Source: Anaerolineae bacterium (GTDB lineage: Bacteria > Chloroflexota > Anaerolineae > 4572-78 > NAK82). From it: DNA of 25,305 bases. This document shows, in pieces, positions 8,340-17,349 of the stretch. A model generated the notes under the pieces. It had not been told where the DNA came from. It ran no database searches and worked only from the letters and a program-made list of their open reading frames with translations. Location of the stretch: positions 1-25,305 of the forward strand of contig DAOUMD010000141.1 of assembly GCA_034412795.1 (NCBI GenBank), read 5' to 3'. The position numbers and the translations under genes were made by a program. The number at the start of each line of letters is the position of its first letter. The first letter of the stretch is position 1.

Positions 8340-9113
8340 ATGCTCAGAGACTTATTTCTCGAAGAGCGTCGGCATGAGATACTGAGACAAGTTAGCCAAC
8401 GTGGGCGGGTCTCGGTTGCCGAACTCAGTCGGCGGTTCGGCGTATCGGAGGTGACCATCCGCTCCGACCTGCAAGCCCTCGCCGAATGCAACTTGCTCGT
8501 GCGCACCCACGGAGGCGCCGTCCCCGCCACGCGCGGCTTGTACGACCTGTCACTGGCGTCGCGCCGTCAGCGGCAGGTACAGGAGAAAAGCCGCATTGGC
8601 CAGGCCGGCGCAGCGCTGGTGGCTGACGGCGACGCCATCTTCCTCGACAGCAGCAGCACCGCCTTAGCCATTGCGGCGCATCTAAAAGACCATCGCCACT
8701 TGACGATTATCACCAATGGTTTGGCCGTCGCTCAGGAGATGCTTGATGCCCCGGGTGTGATGGTGGTGATGGTAGGTGGCACGTTGCGGCGTGACACCGC
8801 CTCACTGGTCGGAACCGACGGCCTGGAAATGCTGCGTAAGTATAACATTCAAAAGGGATTCTTCGGCGCACACGGCATCAGCTCCATCGAGGGCTTGACC
8901 GATGTCAGCGCCGAGGAGGCCGAGATCAAGCGTCCCCTGGTGGTTGCTTGCCGTCAGGTCATCGCTGTGCTGGACGCGACCAAGTGGGGTCAGGTGGGCC
9001 TGGCTTCCTTCGCCCACATGGAGCAGATCCACAGCGTGATCACCGACCGTCACGCGCCCCCTGATCTGGTCGAGCAGGTTCGTTCGCTGGGAATTGAAGT
9101 AGTTCTGGTTTGA
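8340..9113 (+). CDS. DeoR/GlpR-family transcriptional regulator (HTH plus sugar-phosphate-binding DeoR C-terminal domain).
   Basis: N-terminal [40 protein letters not shown]-terminal DeoRC-like region ([15 protein letters not shown]...ITNGL). Confidence 0.85.
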   Translation: MLRDLFLEERRHEILRQVSQRGRVSVAELSRRFGVSEVTIRSDLQALAECNLLVRTHGGAVPATRGLYDLSLASRRQRQVQEKSRIGQAGAALVADGDAIFLDSSSTALAIAAHLKDHRHLTIITNGLAVAQEMLDAPGVMVVMVGGTLRRDTASLVGTDGLEMLRKYNIQKGFFGAHGISSIEGLTDVSAEEAEIKRPLVVACRQVIAVLDATKWGQVGLASFAHMEQIHSVITDRHAPPDLVEQVRSLGIEVVLV

Positions 9114-9124
9114 ATATCATGCCT

Positions 9125-9162
9125 TAACCTTCCCGGAAGTTTCGGAACTTCCGGGAAGGTTA
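9125..9162 (+). terminator. Perfect 17-bp stem-loop (TAACCTTCCCGGAAGTT tcgg AACTTCCGGGAAGGTTA) after the DeoR gene. No U-tract.
   Basis: The two arms are exact reverse complements. Confidence 0.5.
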
Positions 9163-9223
9163 TCCACACACTGGTCCGAACATCACGCGCCGAACAGCGC
9201 GTCAATCAAACGGAGGATACGAA

Positions 9224-11314
9224 ATGGAAGCAACTGCATCGCTCACCGCCGAGAATATATCGGCCATGATAGAGGAACAGGCACTCACTAAAGAAGATCT
9301 GATGAATTACCTGCGCCAGGTGATGGAGATTCGGGCCTTTGAGAACAACATCTCCATTTTGCTGGGTAAGGCAGTTCTCAAGGGCGCGTCCCACCTGTAT
9401 GCCGGACAGGAGGCCACTGCCGTCGGCGCCGTCGGCGCGCTACGTGACGATGACCTGGTCACCAGCACTCACCGCGGTCACGGTCACGCCCACGCCCACG
9501 GCGATAGCGCGGCCAAGACGCCTGAAGCCAAGCAGGAGCACTACAATAAGATGATGGCCGAGGTCTTGGGGCGCTCGGGCGGCTATTGCAAAGGCAAGGG
9601 TGGTTCGATGCACATCGCCGACGTGGATCACGGCAACATGGGCGCAACCGGCATCGTGGGCGGTAACATCCCGGTAGCAGTGGGAGCCGCCCTGGCACAG
9701 AAATTGCAGGACACCGATCGCGTGGTGCTGTGCTTCTTCGGCGATGGCGCCTCCAACACGGGTAACTTCCACGAGGCGCTCAATATGGCCAGTCTGTGGG
9801 ACCTGCCGGTGATCTTCGTCGTCGAGAACAACATGTATGCTATGTCCGTCCCCTGGGCCAAAGCCAGTAAGCTGCCCAACATCGCCGATCGCGCTTGTGC
9901 CTATGGCATCCCCGGCGAGGTGGTGGACGGCATGGATGTCCTGGCCGTGCGTGGCGCTGTGGCCGAGGCGGTGGAACGCGCCCGGCGCGGCGAAGGTCCC
10001 ACCCTGATCGAAGCCAAGACCTATCGTTGGTACGGCCATTCCCATTCCGATCCGCGTGCCTACCGGACCCGCGATGAGGAGGCAGCCTGGAAGGAGCGCG
10101 ATCCCATCACCGTGCTCAAGAACAATATGCAGACCGTCAGTTTGCTGGATGAGGCCGAATTTGAAGACCTGGATAAAGCGGTCAAGGAAAAGCTTGATGT
10201 CGCCATGGCTTTCAGCGAAGCCTCGCCGGAGCCCGACCCGGACGAGCTGTGCACCGACGTGTATGCCCCCTCTAAATTCACCCAGGCGGACATCGATGCC
10301 GAGCGCGAGTTGCGCCAGCGGGTGCGCAATGGCTCGGATATACGAGAGATACCCTATGCCCAGGCTTTGCAAGAAGCCCTGCGTGAAGAGATGGAGCGCG
10401 ACGAGCGGGTCTTCATCTTTGGCGAAGACGTCGGGCTGTACGGTGGGGCTTACGGCGCGACCCGTGGCCTGTGGGAAGAGTTTGGCGAATGGCGCGTGAT
10501 CGACACGCCCATCTCCGAAGCGACGGTCGGTGGCGCCGCAGTAGGAGCGGCCATGGCCGGCATGCGCCCCGTGGCCGAGATCATGTACGTGGACTTCACT
10601 CCGCTGGCCATGGACCAGATCGCCAACCAGGGCGCCAAAAATCGTTACATGTTCGGCGGCAAAACCAGCGTGCCCATGGTCATCCGCACCGAGGGCGGCG
10701 CCGGGCGGGCCATCGCCGCCCACCACTCACAAAGCCTGGAGGCGCTCTGGACCCACTTCCCCGGCATCTACGTGGTCATGCCCGCCACGCCGTACGATGC
10801 CAAGGGGCTGCTCAAAGCCGCCATTCGCGACGACAACCCCATCATGTTCATCGAGCACAAGATGCTCTACAAGGAGAAGGGGCCGGTTCCCGAAGAGGAG
10901 TACCTTGTCCCGTTGGGTGTGGCCGACGTGAAGCGCGAGGGAGCGGACGTGACGCTGGTGACCTACTCGCGTATGGTGCTGCGCGCCCTGGAGGCGGCCG
11001 AGATCCTGGCTGAGGAAGGAATTGACGTCGAGGTGGTTGACTTGCGCACCCTCAAGCCGTTGGACATCGATACCGTCATCAACTCGGTGGTAAAGACCGG
11101 GCGTTTTGTGGGCGTCACCGAAGGCTACGAGAACACCAGCTTCATCAACGAGGTGATGGCCCAGGTCAACGATTTGGCCTTCGATTGGCTGGACGCGCCC
11201 ATGGTACGCGTGGCGGCGGCCAACGTGCCGGTGCCCCGTGCCGAGATACTGGAAGATATGGCCATCCCCAACGTGGGACGCATCGTCGAGGCCTGCAGGA
11301 AGGTGGTGAGCTGA
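9224..11314 (+). CDS. Fused 2-oxoacid (pyruvate/acetoin-type) dehydrogenase E1 component, with alpha (TPP-binding) and beta (transketolase-like) domains in one chain.
   Basis: The alpha half carries the TPP motif GDGASNTGNFHEALNMASLWDLPVIFVVENNMYAMS. The beta half carries EDVGLYGGAYGATRGL...transketolase_C. RBS CGGAGGA. 696 aa. Confidence 0.85.
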   Translation: MEATASLTAENISAMIEEQALTKEDLMNYLRQVMEIRAFENNISILLGKAVLKGASHLYAGQEATAVGAVGALRDDDLVTSTHRGHGHAHAHGDSAAKTPEAKQEHYNKMMAEVLGRSGGYCKGKGGSMHIADVDHGNMGATGIVGGNIPVAVGAALAQKLQDTDRVVLCFFGDGASNTGNFHEALNMASLWDLPVIFVVENNMYAMSVPWAKASKLPNIADRACAYGIPGEVVDGMDVLAVRGAVAEAVERARRGEGPTLIEAKTYRWYGHSHSDPRAYRTRDEEAAWKERDPITVLKNNMQTVSLLDEAEFEDLDKAVKEKLDVAMAFSEASPEPDPDELCTDVYAPSKFTQADIDAERELRQRVRNGSDIREIPYAQALQEALREEMERDERVFIFGEDVGLYGGAYGATRGLWEEFGEWRVIDTPISEATVGGAAVGAAMAGMRPVAEIMYVDFTPLAMDQIANQGAKNRYMFGGKTSVPMVIRTEGGAGRAIAAHHSQSLEALWTHFPGIYVVMPATPYDAKGLLKAAIRDDNPIMFIEHKMLYKEKGPVPEEEYLVPLGVADVKREGADVTLVTYSRMVLRALEAAEILAEEGIDVEVVDLRTLKPLDIDTVINSVVKTGRFVGVTEGYENTSFINEVMAQVNDLAFDWLDAPMVRVAAANVPVPRAEILEDMAIPNVGRIVEACRKVVS

Positions 11315-12690
11315 TGGCAGAGGAGTTCTTCATTCCCCAATTGGGGCAAACCGTCGAAGAGGTCACCCTCATCAAGTGGTTGGTCGAAGACGGCGCCCAG
11401 GTGACCCAGGGACAGGAGATCCTGGAGGTAGAGACCGACAAAGCCGTCTTCCCCGTCGAAGCCATCGCCAGCGGCTATTTGCACATCGGTCCCTACAAAG
11501 AGGGTGACGTGGTGCCTGTGTTGGCCGTGGTGGCCGTCATCGGCGCAAAAGATGATAAGTTTGAGGTGAAGGGCGAGCCTGAGCCCGCGGTGGAGGAGGC
11601 CGAAAGCAAGACGGTTGAGGCTGCCCCGGCTGCTCCGGTCGAGGCAGCACCTTCCCAGGTCCGAGAAGATGGGCGCGTCTTTGCCTCGCCGCGCGCCCGC
11701 AAGCTGGCCCACGAGAAGGGCGTGGACCTGGCCCGGGTGACTCCCAGCGGTGGCGGTGGCGTCCGCGTTGCCGAACGCGACGTGCTGGCTTATCTGCGCT
11801 CGCTGCCCAAAGCCACGCCCGTGGCCCAGAAGATGGCCGCCGAAGCCAGCCTCGATTTACGACAGGTGTCCGGCACCGGTCCGGGCGGCAAGATCACCCG
11901 CGAAGACGTCGAGCGTGCCCTTGCCGTGCCACCAGCACCACCGGCGGCTGTGCCGCCGGCGCCCACCCCCTTGCCGGAAGTCGAAGTCCTGGAGCGCGTG
12001 CCGCTCAAGGGGGTGCGGGGCATCATCGCCCAGCGCATGGCGACCAGCGTCCACACCACCGCCCGCGTGACGTTGATGATGGAGGTTGACGCCACCCAAT
12101 TCGTCGACATGCGGACGCGTCTCAAGGCGCGCGTCAGTGAGGAATGGGGCTTCGCCCCCGGCTACAACGACCTCCTGGCCAAGATCGTCGCCGCCGCGCT
12201 GCGCAAGTTCCCCTACATGAACGCCCGGCTGACGGCCAACGCGCTCGAATACCTGGCGCCTGTCAACATGGGCATGGCCGTCGACACCGAGCGCGGGTTG
12301 CTGGTGCCCGTCATCCGCGACGCCGACAAGAAGAGCCTGCGCCAGTTTGGTGCCGAGTTCCGCGAGCTGGCCGAGGGGGCGCGCACCGGCCGCATCTCGC
12401 CCGACGCTTTGAGCGGCGGCACCTTCACCATCACCAGCCTGGGCACGTACGACGTGGATGCCTTCACCCCCGTCATCAACCTGCCCGAAGCGGCCATCCT
12501 GGGCGTGGGCCGCATCACCGAAAAGGCCGTGGTGCGCGACGGGGAGATCGTCGCCCGTCACATGTGGACGCTATCCCTCGTCTTCGACCACCGCCTGGTC
12601 GACGGCGCCCCGGCCGCCCGCTTTTTGCAGTACATCAAGGAGCTGATCGAAGAGCCCTATTTGTGGGTGGCGGAGGGGCAGGAAGGCTGA
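11314..12690 (+). CDS. Dihydrolipoamide acyltransferase (E2) with one lipoyl domain, two peripheral-subunit-binding domains and a catalytic domain.
   Basis: Lipoyl-Lys in VETDKA. Two PSBD-like segments (ASPRARKLAHEKGVDLARVTPSGGGG; SGTGPGGKITREDVERA). Catalytic DHRLVDGA motif. Start ATG overlaps the E1 stop (TGATG). Confidence 0.85.
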   Translation: MAEEFFIPQLGQTVEEVTLIKWLVEDGAQVTQGQEILEVETDKAVFPVEAIASGYLHIGPYKEGDVVPVLAVVAVIGAKDDKFEVKGEPEPAVEEAESKTVEAAPAAPVEAAPSQVREDGRVFASPRARKLAHEKGVDLARVTPSGGGGVRVAERDVLAYLRSLPKATPVAQKMAAEASLDLRQVSGTGPGGKITREDVERALAVPPAPPAAVPPAPTPLPEVEVLERVPLKGVRGIIAQRMATSVHTTARVTLMMEVDATQFVDMRTRLKARVSEEWGFAPGYNDLLAKIVAAALRKFPYMNARLTANALEYLAPVNMGMAVDTERGLLVPVIRDADKKSLRQFGAEFRELAEGARTGRISPDALSGGTFTITSLGTYDVDAFTPVINLPEAAILGVGRITEKAVVRDGEIVARHMWTLSLVFDHRLVDGAPAARFLQYIKELIEEPYLWVAEGQEG

Positions 12691-12831
12691 TATAGTGGGA
12701 TAAACATGCTCGAAGGGGACGACAGTCCCCGTATCTTGTACGCTCAACGTTGCGGGCTTACGACATCCAGCGTCGCGGACTGTCGTCCGCTCGGAGCTTC
12801 TCACCAATCTGCGTAGGCCCCAATTCAGAAC

Positions 12832-12895
12832 GCCGGGGCGTCGTTGCCTGGCCCGCAGGCCAAGACCGGCAATGATGCCCCGGCTTTTTGTTTTT
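12832..12895 (+). terminator. Intrinsic terminator of the E1-E2 operon: stem GCCGGGG...CCCCGGC followed by TTTTTGTTTTTG.
   Basis: Stem arms 12832-12838 / 12877-12883 with a T-run at 12884-12895. Two short hairpins precede it (12714-12730 and 12773-12791). Confidence 0.55.
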
Positions 12896-12987
12896 GCTCG
12901 CTTGCGTCCCGCCCCACCCACCCCGCCCCGTCATCATCTCAAAAGCCCCCAGCTTCCCCCCCGCCAACCCGCGTCGAGAACGTTCCC

Positions 12988-13036
12988 CAATCTACCAGCA
13001 TACCAATCTACCAACCCACCAACCCCAAATCTACCA
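12988..13036 (+). promoter_or_regulatory. Three direct repeats of (C)AATCTACCA in a C-rich tract immediately upstream of the SPFH-gene promoter. Candidate activator-binding array.
   Basis: Copies at 12988-12998, 13003-13013 and 13026-13036, read directly. Confidence 0.35.
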
Positions 13037-13046
13037 AAAACCGACT

Positions 13047-13178
13047 TGATTTTTGTCGTAAAACATGGTATCATAGACATAATCATTTGTCATAACAGCA
13101 CAACCTGTTGTGTGCTGGTTAACAAGCGGACATGGTGCGAACTCCTCTCACTCCTCGACGCACCCTTTTTTGGTCATA
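13047..13178 (+). promoter_or_regulatory. Promoter (TTGATT 13047-52, N16, TGgTATCAT 13066-74) plus a 110-nt leader. The leader holds a hairpin at 13097-13116 and a terminator-like stem GGTGCG...CGCACC followed by CTTTTTT (13134-13171).
   Basis: Hexamers and stems read directly. RBS GGGAGGTGG before ATG 13193. Confidence 0.4.
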
Positions 13179-13192
13179 CGGGAGGTGGATGG

Positions 13193-14950
13193 ATGACGGC
13201 CAATACCGTAACCGCTGAGCAGTCTTCTGCATCAAGGGGATTGGGCACTCTCGGGACAGCCTTATTCTTTCTCTTAGTTCTGGTAGGTGTCTTTTTCTTC
13301 TATAGCCACTTCTTCGATTCGGGATATTTCGGAGACGATCTCTGGTGGCACCTGGGCACGATATGGTTATTGGTTGGGGTGGGGATATATGTCCTGTTTT
13401 TGCTGAATCCCGCCAAGCGAAGGTTCTGGTTGTTTGTCTACCTTATCTTCGTGCTTACTATCGCCTTCGGTGCTTTTTTCCAAAGCCAAATCACTGGCGG
13501 AACAGGGGTCACTCGCCTCATCCAGAATAGCCCTCTGCTCACCTCCTTATTCGGGGGATACTTCAAAAGCGTGATCTGGTCACTGGTATTTGGCCTATTG
13601 ATCGCGCTCTCTTTGGTTATTGTGCCCCTGCTCATCATTGCCTTCGCCGCCTCCGAATACGTGCTGGCCCTGCACGAAATCGACGGTGTTCGCCGTCGGG
13701 ACGCCGTGAGTTACGTGATTGCGTTGATACTGGGCATCAACCAGCCCTTCATCGTGGTCGAAGACGGCCAGGCGCTGGTTACCAAGGAGGCTGGCAAGAT
13801 CAACGTCATTGGTGGGCCAGGCAAGTTGATCATCAAGCAGGGCAACGTAGTTGTGTTGGAACGCGGCGGCAAGATCACGCGCGTGCTAAACGCCGGCGTC
13901 CACAAGCTTAAACCGCTGGAGAAGATACGCAATGTCTTCAACTTGGGCCGCCAATCCAACTCCGATGAGATAGAGCACGTTCTGACCAAGGATCGCATAC
14001 CGCTAAAGATCAAGTTGGGTATCGGCGTCCAGATTGAGCCGGCCTCCGAGGCCGACAAACGCCCCGAAAGCCGCATCTCGCCCGATGGGGAAGCGCTGAC
14101 CCCAAGACTGGACGACGGTATGTACGCAGTATACGAGGGCACCATTCGTAAGGCGGCTCAGATGTCCCAGGCTACCTCTTTTGCCAAACGTGAATTCAAG
14201 AAGTGTGACGAAGAGCAGGTATGTCAGGACGTGCAAGAGACCACCTGGAAAAAAGTCGCCGGCGGACTGCCTGAAGGTGATTTGCGCGACCATATTATGA
14301 GCCATCGATTTGACGAGTTATTTGAACTGGTTGACAGCGCACCCGGGGAAAAACCTGAGATTCGGGTCGACAAGCGCAAAATTTATGAGATTGAGCAAGC
14401 CATCCTTGAAAAAATCAAGCCCGGCAAACTAAAGGGACTGGGGGTGCTGGTGCACGGTGTGGATATTGGGAAGATCGAGTTTCCAGAAGAAGCGAAAGAC
14501 CTGTTGTTAAATCGCTGGGGAGCTCCGTGGCAACAGCAAATACAACTTATAGAGGCTAAGGCAAAAGCGAAGGGTGAGTTGCAAGCCAAATTACTGGCCG
14601 CTCAAGGCGACCTGGAGGCAACACGGATGGAAGCACAGGGTGAACGGGAAATCGCGGATCTGAAAGCTCAAGCTATTGTAATCAGTGCCCGCGCCAAAGC
14701 CCAGAAACGGGTTATGGAAGGGCGTAGTCAAGCAGAGGCGCGGGCAGCCTTCTTCCAGTTTATAGTGGAAGCACTTCAAGTGGATGGGCGCCCAATAGAT
14801 CCCCAACTAATGGGAGCCATACTGAAGGAATTAGCTTGCTCCTTTGCCTCAGTTAATGATCTTGAGACTTTCATGAGGGTGCATGGCAGATTGAATCGGC
14901 AAGCAGATTTCTCATTGGGTCAGGACAATGGGACAGTAGCAAGTGATTGA
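13193..14950 (+). CDS. SPFH/band-7 (stomatin/HflK/flotillin-like) membrane protein with a polytopic N-terminal domain (about 5 TM), a large insert in the SPFH core and a coiled-coil tail.
   Basis: VVLERGGKITRVLNAGVHKLKPLEKIRNV...HVLTKDRIPLKIKLGIGVQIEP aligns to the SPFH core (VVLRFGK..L.PGLHF.IPF...V....VLTKDG..V.VD.VVQYRI). C-terminal GVLVHGVDIGKIEFPEEA matches the end of the SPFH domain. Ala/Gln/Lys-rich coiled coil. Paralog of 22984-24570. The ORF-track start at 12872 is an upstream low-complexity extension. Confidence 0.75.
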   Translation: MTANTVTAEQSSASRGLGTLGTALFFLLVLVGVFFFYSHFFDSGYFGDDLWWHLGTIWLLVGVGIYVLFLLNPAKRRFWLFVYLIFVLTIAFGAFFQSQITGGTGVTRLIQNSPLLTSLFGGYFKSVIWSLVFGLLIALSLVIVPLLIIAFAASEYVLALHEIDGVRRRDAVSYVIALILGINQPFIVVEDGQALVTKEAGKINVIGGPGKLIIKQGNVVVLERGGKITRVLNAGVHKLKPLEKIRNVFNLGRQSNSDEIEHVLTKDRIPLKIKLGIGVQIEPASEADKRPESRISPDGEALTPRLDDGMYAVYEGTIRKAAQMSQATSFAKREFKKCDEEQVCQDVQETTWKKVAGGLPEGDLRDHIMSHRFDELFELVDSAPGEKPEIRVDKRKIYEIEQAILEKIKPGKLKGLGVLVHGVDIGKIEFPEEAKDLLLNRWGAPWQQQIQLIEAKAKAKGELQAKLLAAQGDLEATRMEAQGEREIADLKAQAIVISARAKAQKRVMEGRSQAEARAAFFQFIVEALQVDGRPIDPQLMGAILKELACSFASVNDLETFMRVHGRLNRQADFSLGQDNGTVASD

Positions 14951-14985
14951 TCCGCTCGCGCAGCCTCTGTTGAGACAAGGGATTC

Positions 14986-15105
14986 TAAGAACCTGTTTGA
15001 AAATTATTAACCCGTTGTCCCCCTACATATTGGGGGACACTGACCGATACGCCCACATGTAGGTTCAAACCGTTCCAAAACGTGCTAAGAGCCTGTTTGA
15101 AAATT
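14986..15105 (+). promoter_or_regulatory. Two 20-bp direct repeats TAAGARCCTGTTTGAAAATT exactly 100 bp apart, flanking a 7-bp-stem palindrome (GTCCCCC tacatatt GGGGGAC, 15017-15038). This is the upstream region of the S24 gene.
   Basis: Read directly: 14986-15005 and 15086-15105. Confidence 0.35.
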
Positions 15106-15129
15106 GGCTCTAAGTTAGGAGTGGCAATT

Positions 15130-17346
15130 ATGGCATCCCATAGACAAGCCAGTGATGAGATTATTCAGTTTCTGGAGGATTTTCAAGGTACATCACCAGA
15201 TTTGCCTATTTCAGTGGTCGGTCATTGGCAGGAGGCGATGGCAATATGCAAGAAAACAAAGCCGAATTGGAGCAAAGCTGCAGATTTTTGCAATTGCATT
15301 GCAACGGTTTTGAATGGATTGCGTGGCAGTGGAGGGGATTTGGGGCAACTTGAAAAATCTCAGGGACAGATTTCGATTCTTTTGGGTGCCATAAGTCTGG
15401 GCCAGAAAGACTGGTCTGCGGCAAGTTACTATTTTGAACAAGGAGCCAGACGGCTGAGGCAATGGGGGCACACGTCTCTCGAAAGTCTCGCCTATTTTGG
15501 CCGGGCTTTGACTCATAAGCAGGAAGAAAACTGGCCTGGGGCCTTGGAAGCGGCGCAAAAAGCATTGGATGCAATCCACGGCCTTCCTGTTCCTGATAAG
15601 TCGATGCATACTAAGCATTTGCAAAAGCGGATTGAGGAAGGGATCAGATCCATCGGGGAGGTCTCCGCGAGAGTTATTGCGAAACAACCACCAAGTCGGA
15701 GGCCAACGCCTTCTAGGTCTATGTCTAGCCCTCCCCTTCCAATACCGATAGTAAGCAATATTGCAGCTGGCCTCGGCGTCATTGTCGAAGAAAACATCGA
15801 GAATTATCTCCTCTTAGACGACGATCGCCGTAACGACGTCGACTTTGGGGTAAGAGTGGTTGGGGAAAGTATGAAAGGTGACGGCATCCTGCCGGGGGAC
15901 ATCGCCCTTATCCGCCAACAGCCAATAGTTGAAATGGGAGAGATCGCTGCTGTCGTTGTTACGACGCCTACAGGTTCCGAGGGTGTGCTTAAGCGATACC
16001 ACCTTGCATACGAAGAACGGCCGAGTATGTTTCACTGGTTCCTCAAGTCCAGCAATCCGGCCAGTGAGCACCTAGTTGTCATACCCAGTGGCGCAGATAT
16101 TATTGCAATCAAAGCTATATACGAGAATGCAATTCGATCTGGCCGAATACGCAATCCGATTGAGTATTACGAGGACGCTGAACTAATCATTGCCGGAAAA
16201 TATGTCGGATCAGTAAAGAGTATACCGATATCCAGTGACATCAGTGCCTTTACCGCCGGGCCAGGGCGGATTGGAGATGAAAACACTGAGGGGTTCATAT
16301 CTCTAGATGTGAGTTATCGCACTATGGTTGACTTTGGGGTAAGGGTGATAGGAGACAGTATGAAAGGTGATGGTATCCTGCCTGGGAATATTGCACTTAT
16401 CCGTCAGCAGCCAGTTGTTGGGGAAGGAGAGATTGCCGCCCTTGTGATTACAACATCGACTGGCAGGGAAGGGGTACTTAAAAGGTACTACCCCGAAGAA
16501 AGTGAGGGTTTGCAGCACTGGCTTCTTAAGTCTAGTAACCCCGTGGCCAAGGATTTAGTTGTTATACCGCCTCATACAGATGTAGATCAGATTCGGAATC
16601 TATATGCCAGGGAAATCCAGAGTGACAGGGTCGAGTTTTATGAAGATGCTGAACTAGAAGTCGTTGGCAAATATGTTGAGTGTTTCGAGGAGGAATCTTT
16701 TTCAGTTCCAGTTATCTCCACCATAGATAGGGTAAAGCAACCATCAGTGAAGACGGCTGTTGAGAGTTTAGGCGGTTACGCTGAAGTAGAGATTCTTGCA
16801 GGCAGGATTGCGGAAACTGTTAGTGAGCGTCTAACCGGGGCTACACATCAACTAGCCGAGGCTAATTACAGATATTATGACGAACTCAAAGGTATGATTC
16901 GGAAACTTCCGTTTGCTGGTATTGAAGTGCTCGATAACTTCGAAGGATTTGTAATTGCAGAAATTCCTGATGCTAGAAAGGAAACTGGCCAAGCCCCAAA
17001 CAAGGATCGCTATATTTTGCATGGGGCACAGAAAAAGCACGAGATACATATCTCCATCCAATCGGTTGAGCCTTTGGGAGCTACTGACAGCGTTGTTGAG
17101 ATTATTCGAATAATTGATGGTGAGGACGTGGAATATGTCAACTTTGTAGCCAGGTTGGACTGTAATACACTCGATTTTGAACAAGCTGAGTTTACAATTT
17201 CTGTTCCATCCAGATATGCAAAGCCGTCTATTCCGAAAAAAGTCGTTTCCATTACAGGCGAACGAGGGATACATAATCTATTCATTCATATCTCTCAGAA
17301 GAATACACTTGTCCAAGTCCTCTTCATAGAATTGGAGATTCGCTAG
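15130..17346 (+). CDS. Multidomain protein with a TPR-like helical N-domain, a Pro/Ser linker, two tandem LexA-like S24 peptidase domains and a C-terminal domain of about 230 aa that I cannot assign.
   Basis: Both repeats carry the Ser-Lys dyad context (RVVGESMKGDGILPGD...GVLKRY and RVIGDSMKGDGILPGN...GVLKRYY), closely matching LexA (RVSGMSMKDIGIMDGD...VTVKRL). Each is preceded by a LexA-like cleavage region (NIAA-GLGV and FTA-GPGR) about 33 residues before the Ser. RBS AGGAGTGG before ATG 15130. Confidence 0.8.
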   Translation: MASHRQASDEIIQFLEDFQGTSPDLPISVVGHWQEAMAICKKTKPNWSKAADFCNCIATVLNGLRGSGGDLGQLEKSQGQISILLGAISLGQKDWSAASYYFEQGARRLRQWGHTSLESLAYFGRALTHKQEENWPGALEAAQKALDAIHGLPVPDKSMHTKHLQKRIEEGIRSIGEVSARVIAKQPPSRRPTPSRSMSSPPLPIPIVSNIAAGLGVIVEENIENYLLLDDDRRNDVDFGVRVVGESMKGDGILPGDIALIRQQPIVEMGEIAAVVVTTPTGSEGVLKRYHLAYEERPSMFHWFLKSSNPASEHLVVIPSGADIIAIKAIYENAIRSGRIRNPIEYYEDAELIIAGKYVGSVKSIPISSDISAFTAGPGRIGDENTEGFISLDVSYRTMVDFGVRVIGDSMKGDGILPGNIALIRQQPVVGEGEIAALVITTSTGREGVLKRYYPEESEGLQHWLLKSSNPVAKDLVVIPPHTDVDQIRNLYAREIQSDRVEFYEDAELEVVGKYVECFEEESFSVPVISTIDRVKQPSVKTAVESLGGYAEVEILAGRIAETVSERLTGATHQLAEANYRYYDELKGMIRKLPFAGIEVLDNFEGFVIAEIPDARKETGQAPNKDRYILHGAQKKHEIHISIQSVEPLGATDSVVEIIRIIDGEDVEYVNFVARLDCNTLDFEQAEFTISVPSRYAKPSIPKKVVSITGERGIHNLFIHISQKNTLVQVLFIELEIR

Positions 17347-17349
17347 CCA

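Noticed and set aside
9440-10726. 428-aa minus-strand ORF antisense to the E1 gene, plus several Arg/Pro-rich plus-strand alternative-frame ORFs (10056-10499, 10471-11013, 12144-12695, 11857-12561).
   Set aside because: Low-complexity Arg/Gly/Pro/His-rich translations typical of off-frame reading of GC-rich coding DNA. They overlap the E1 and E2 genes, which have clear domain content.
12844-13192. ORF 12844-13095 and the N-terminal extension of ORF 12872 (Pro-rich low complexity).
   Set aside because: These translate the C-rich repeat tract upstream of the SPFH gene. The real start at 13193 has a strong RBS, and the upstream region contains promoter elements.
15814-16518. Two similar minus-strand ORFs (15814-16071 and 16303-16518).
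   Set aside because: They are antisense translations of the tandem S24 repeats. Their similarity merely reflects the sense-strand domain duplication.
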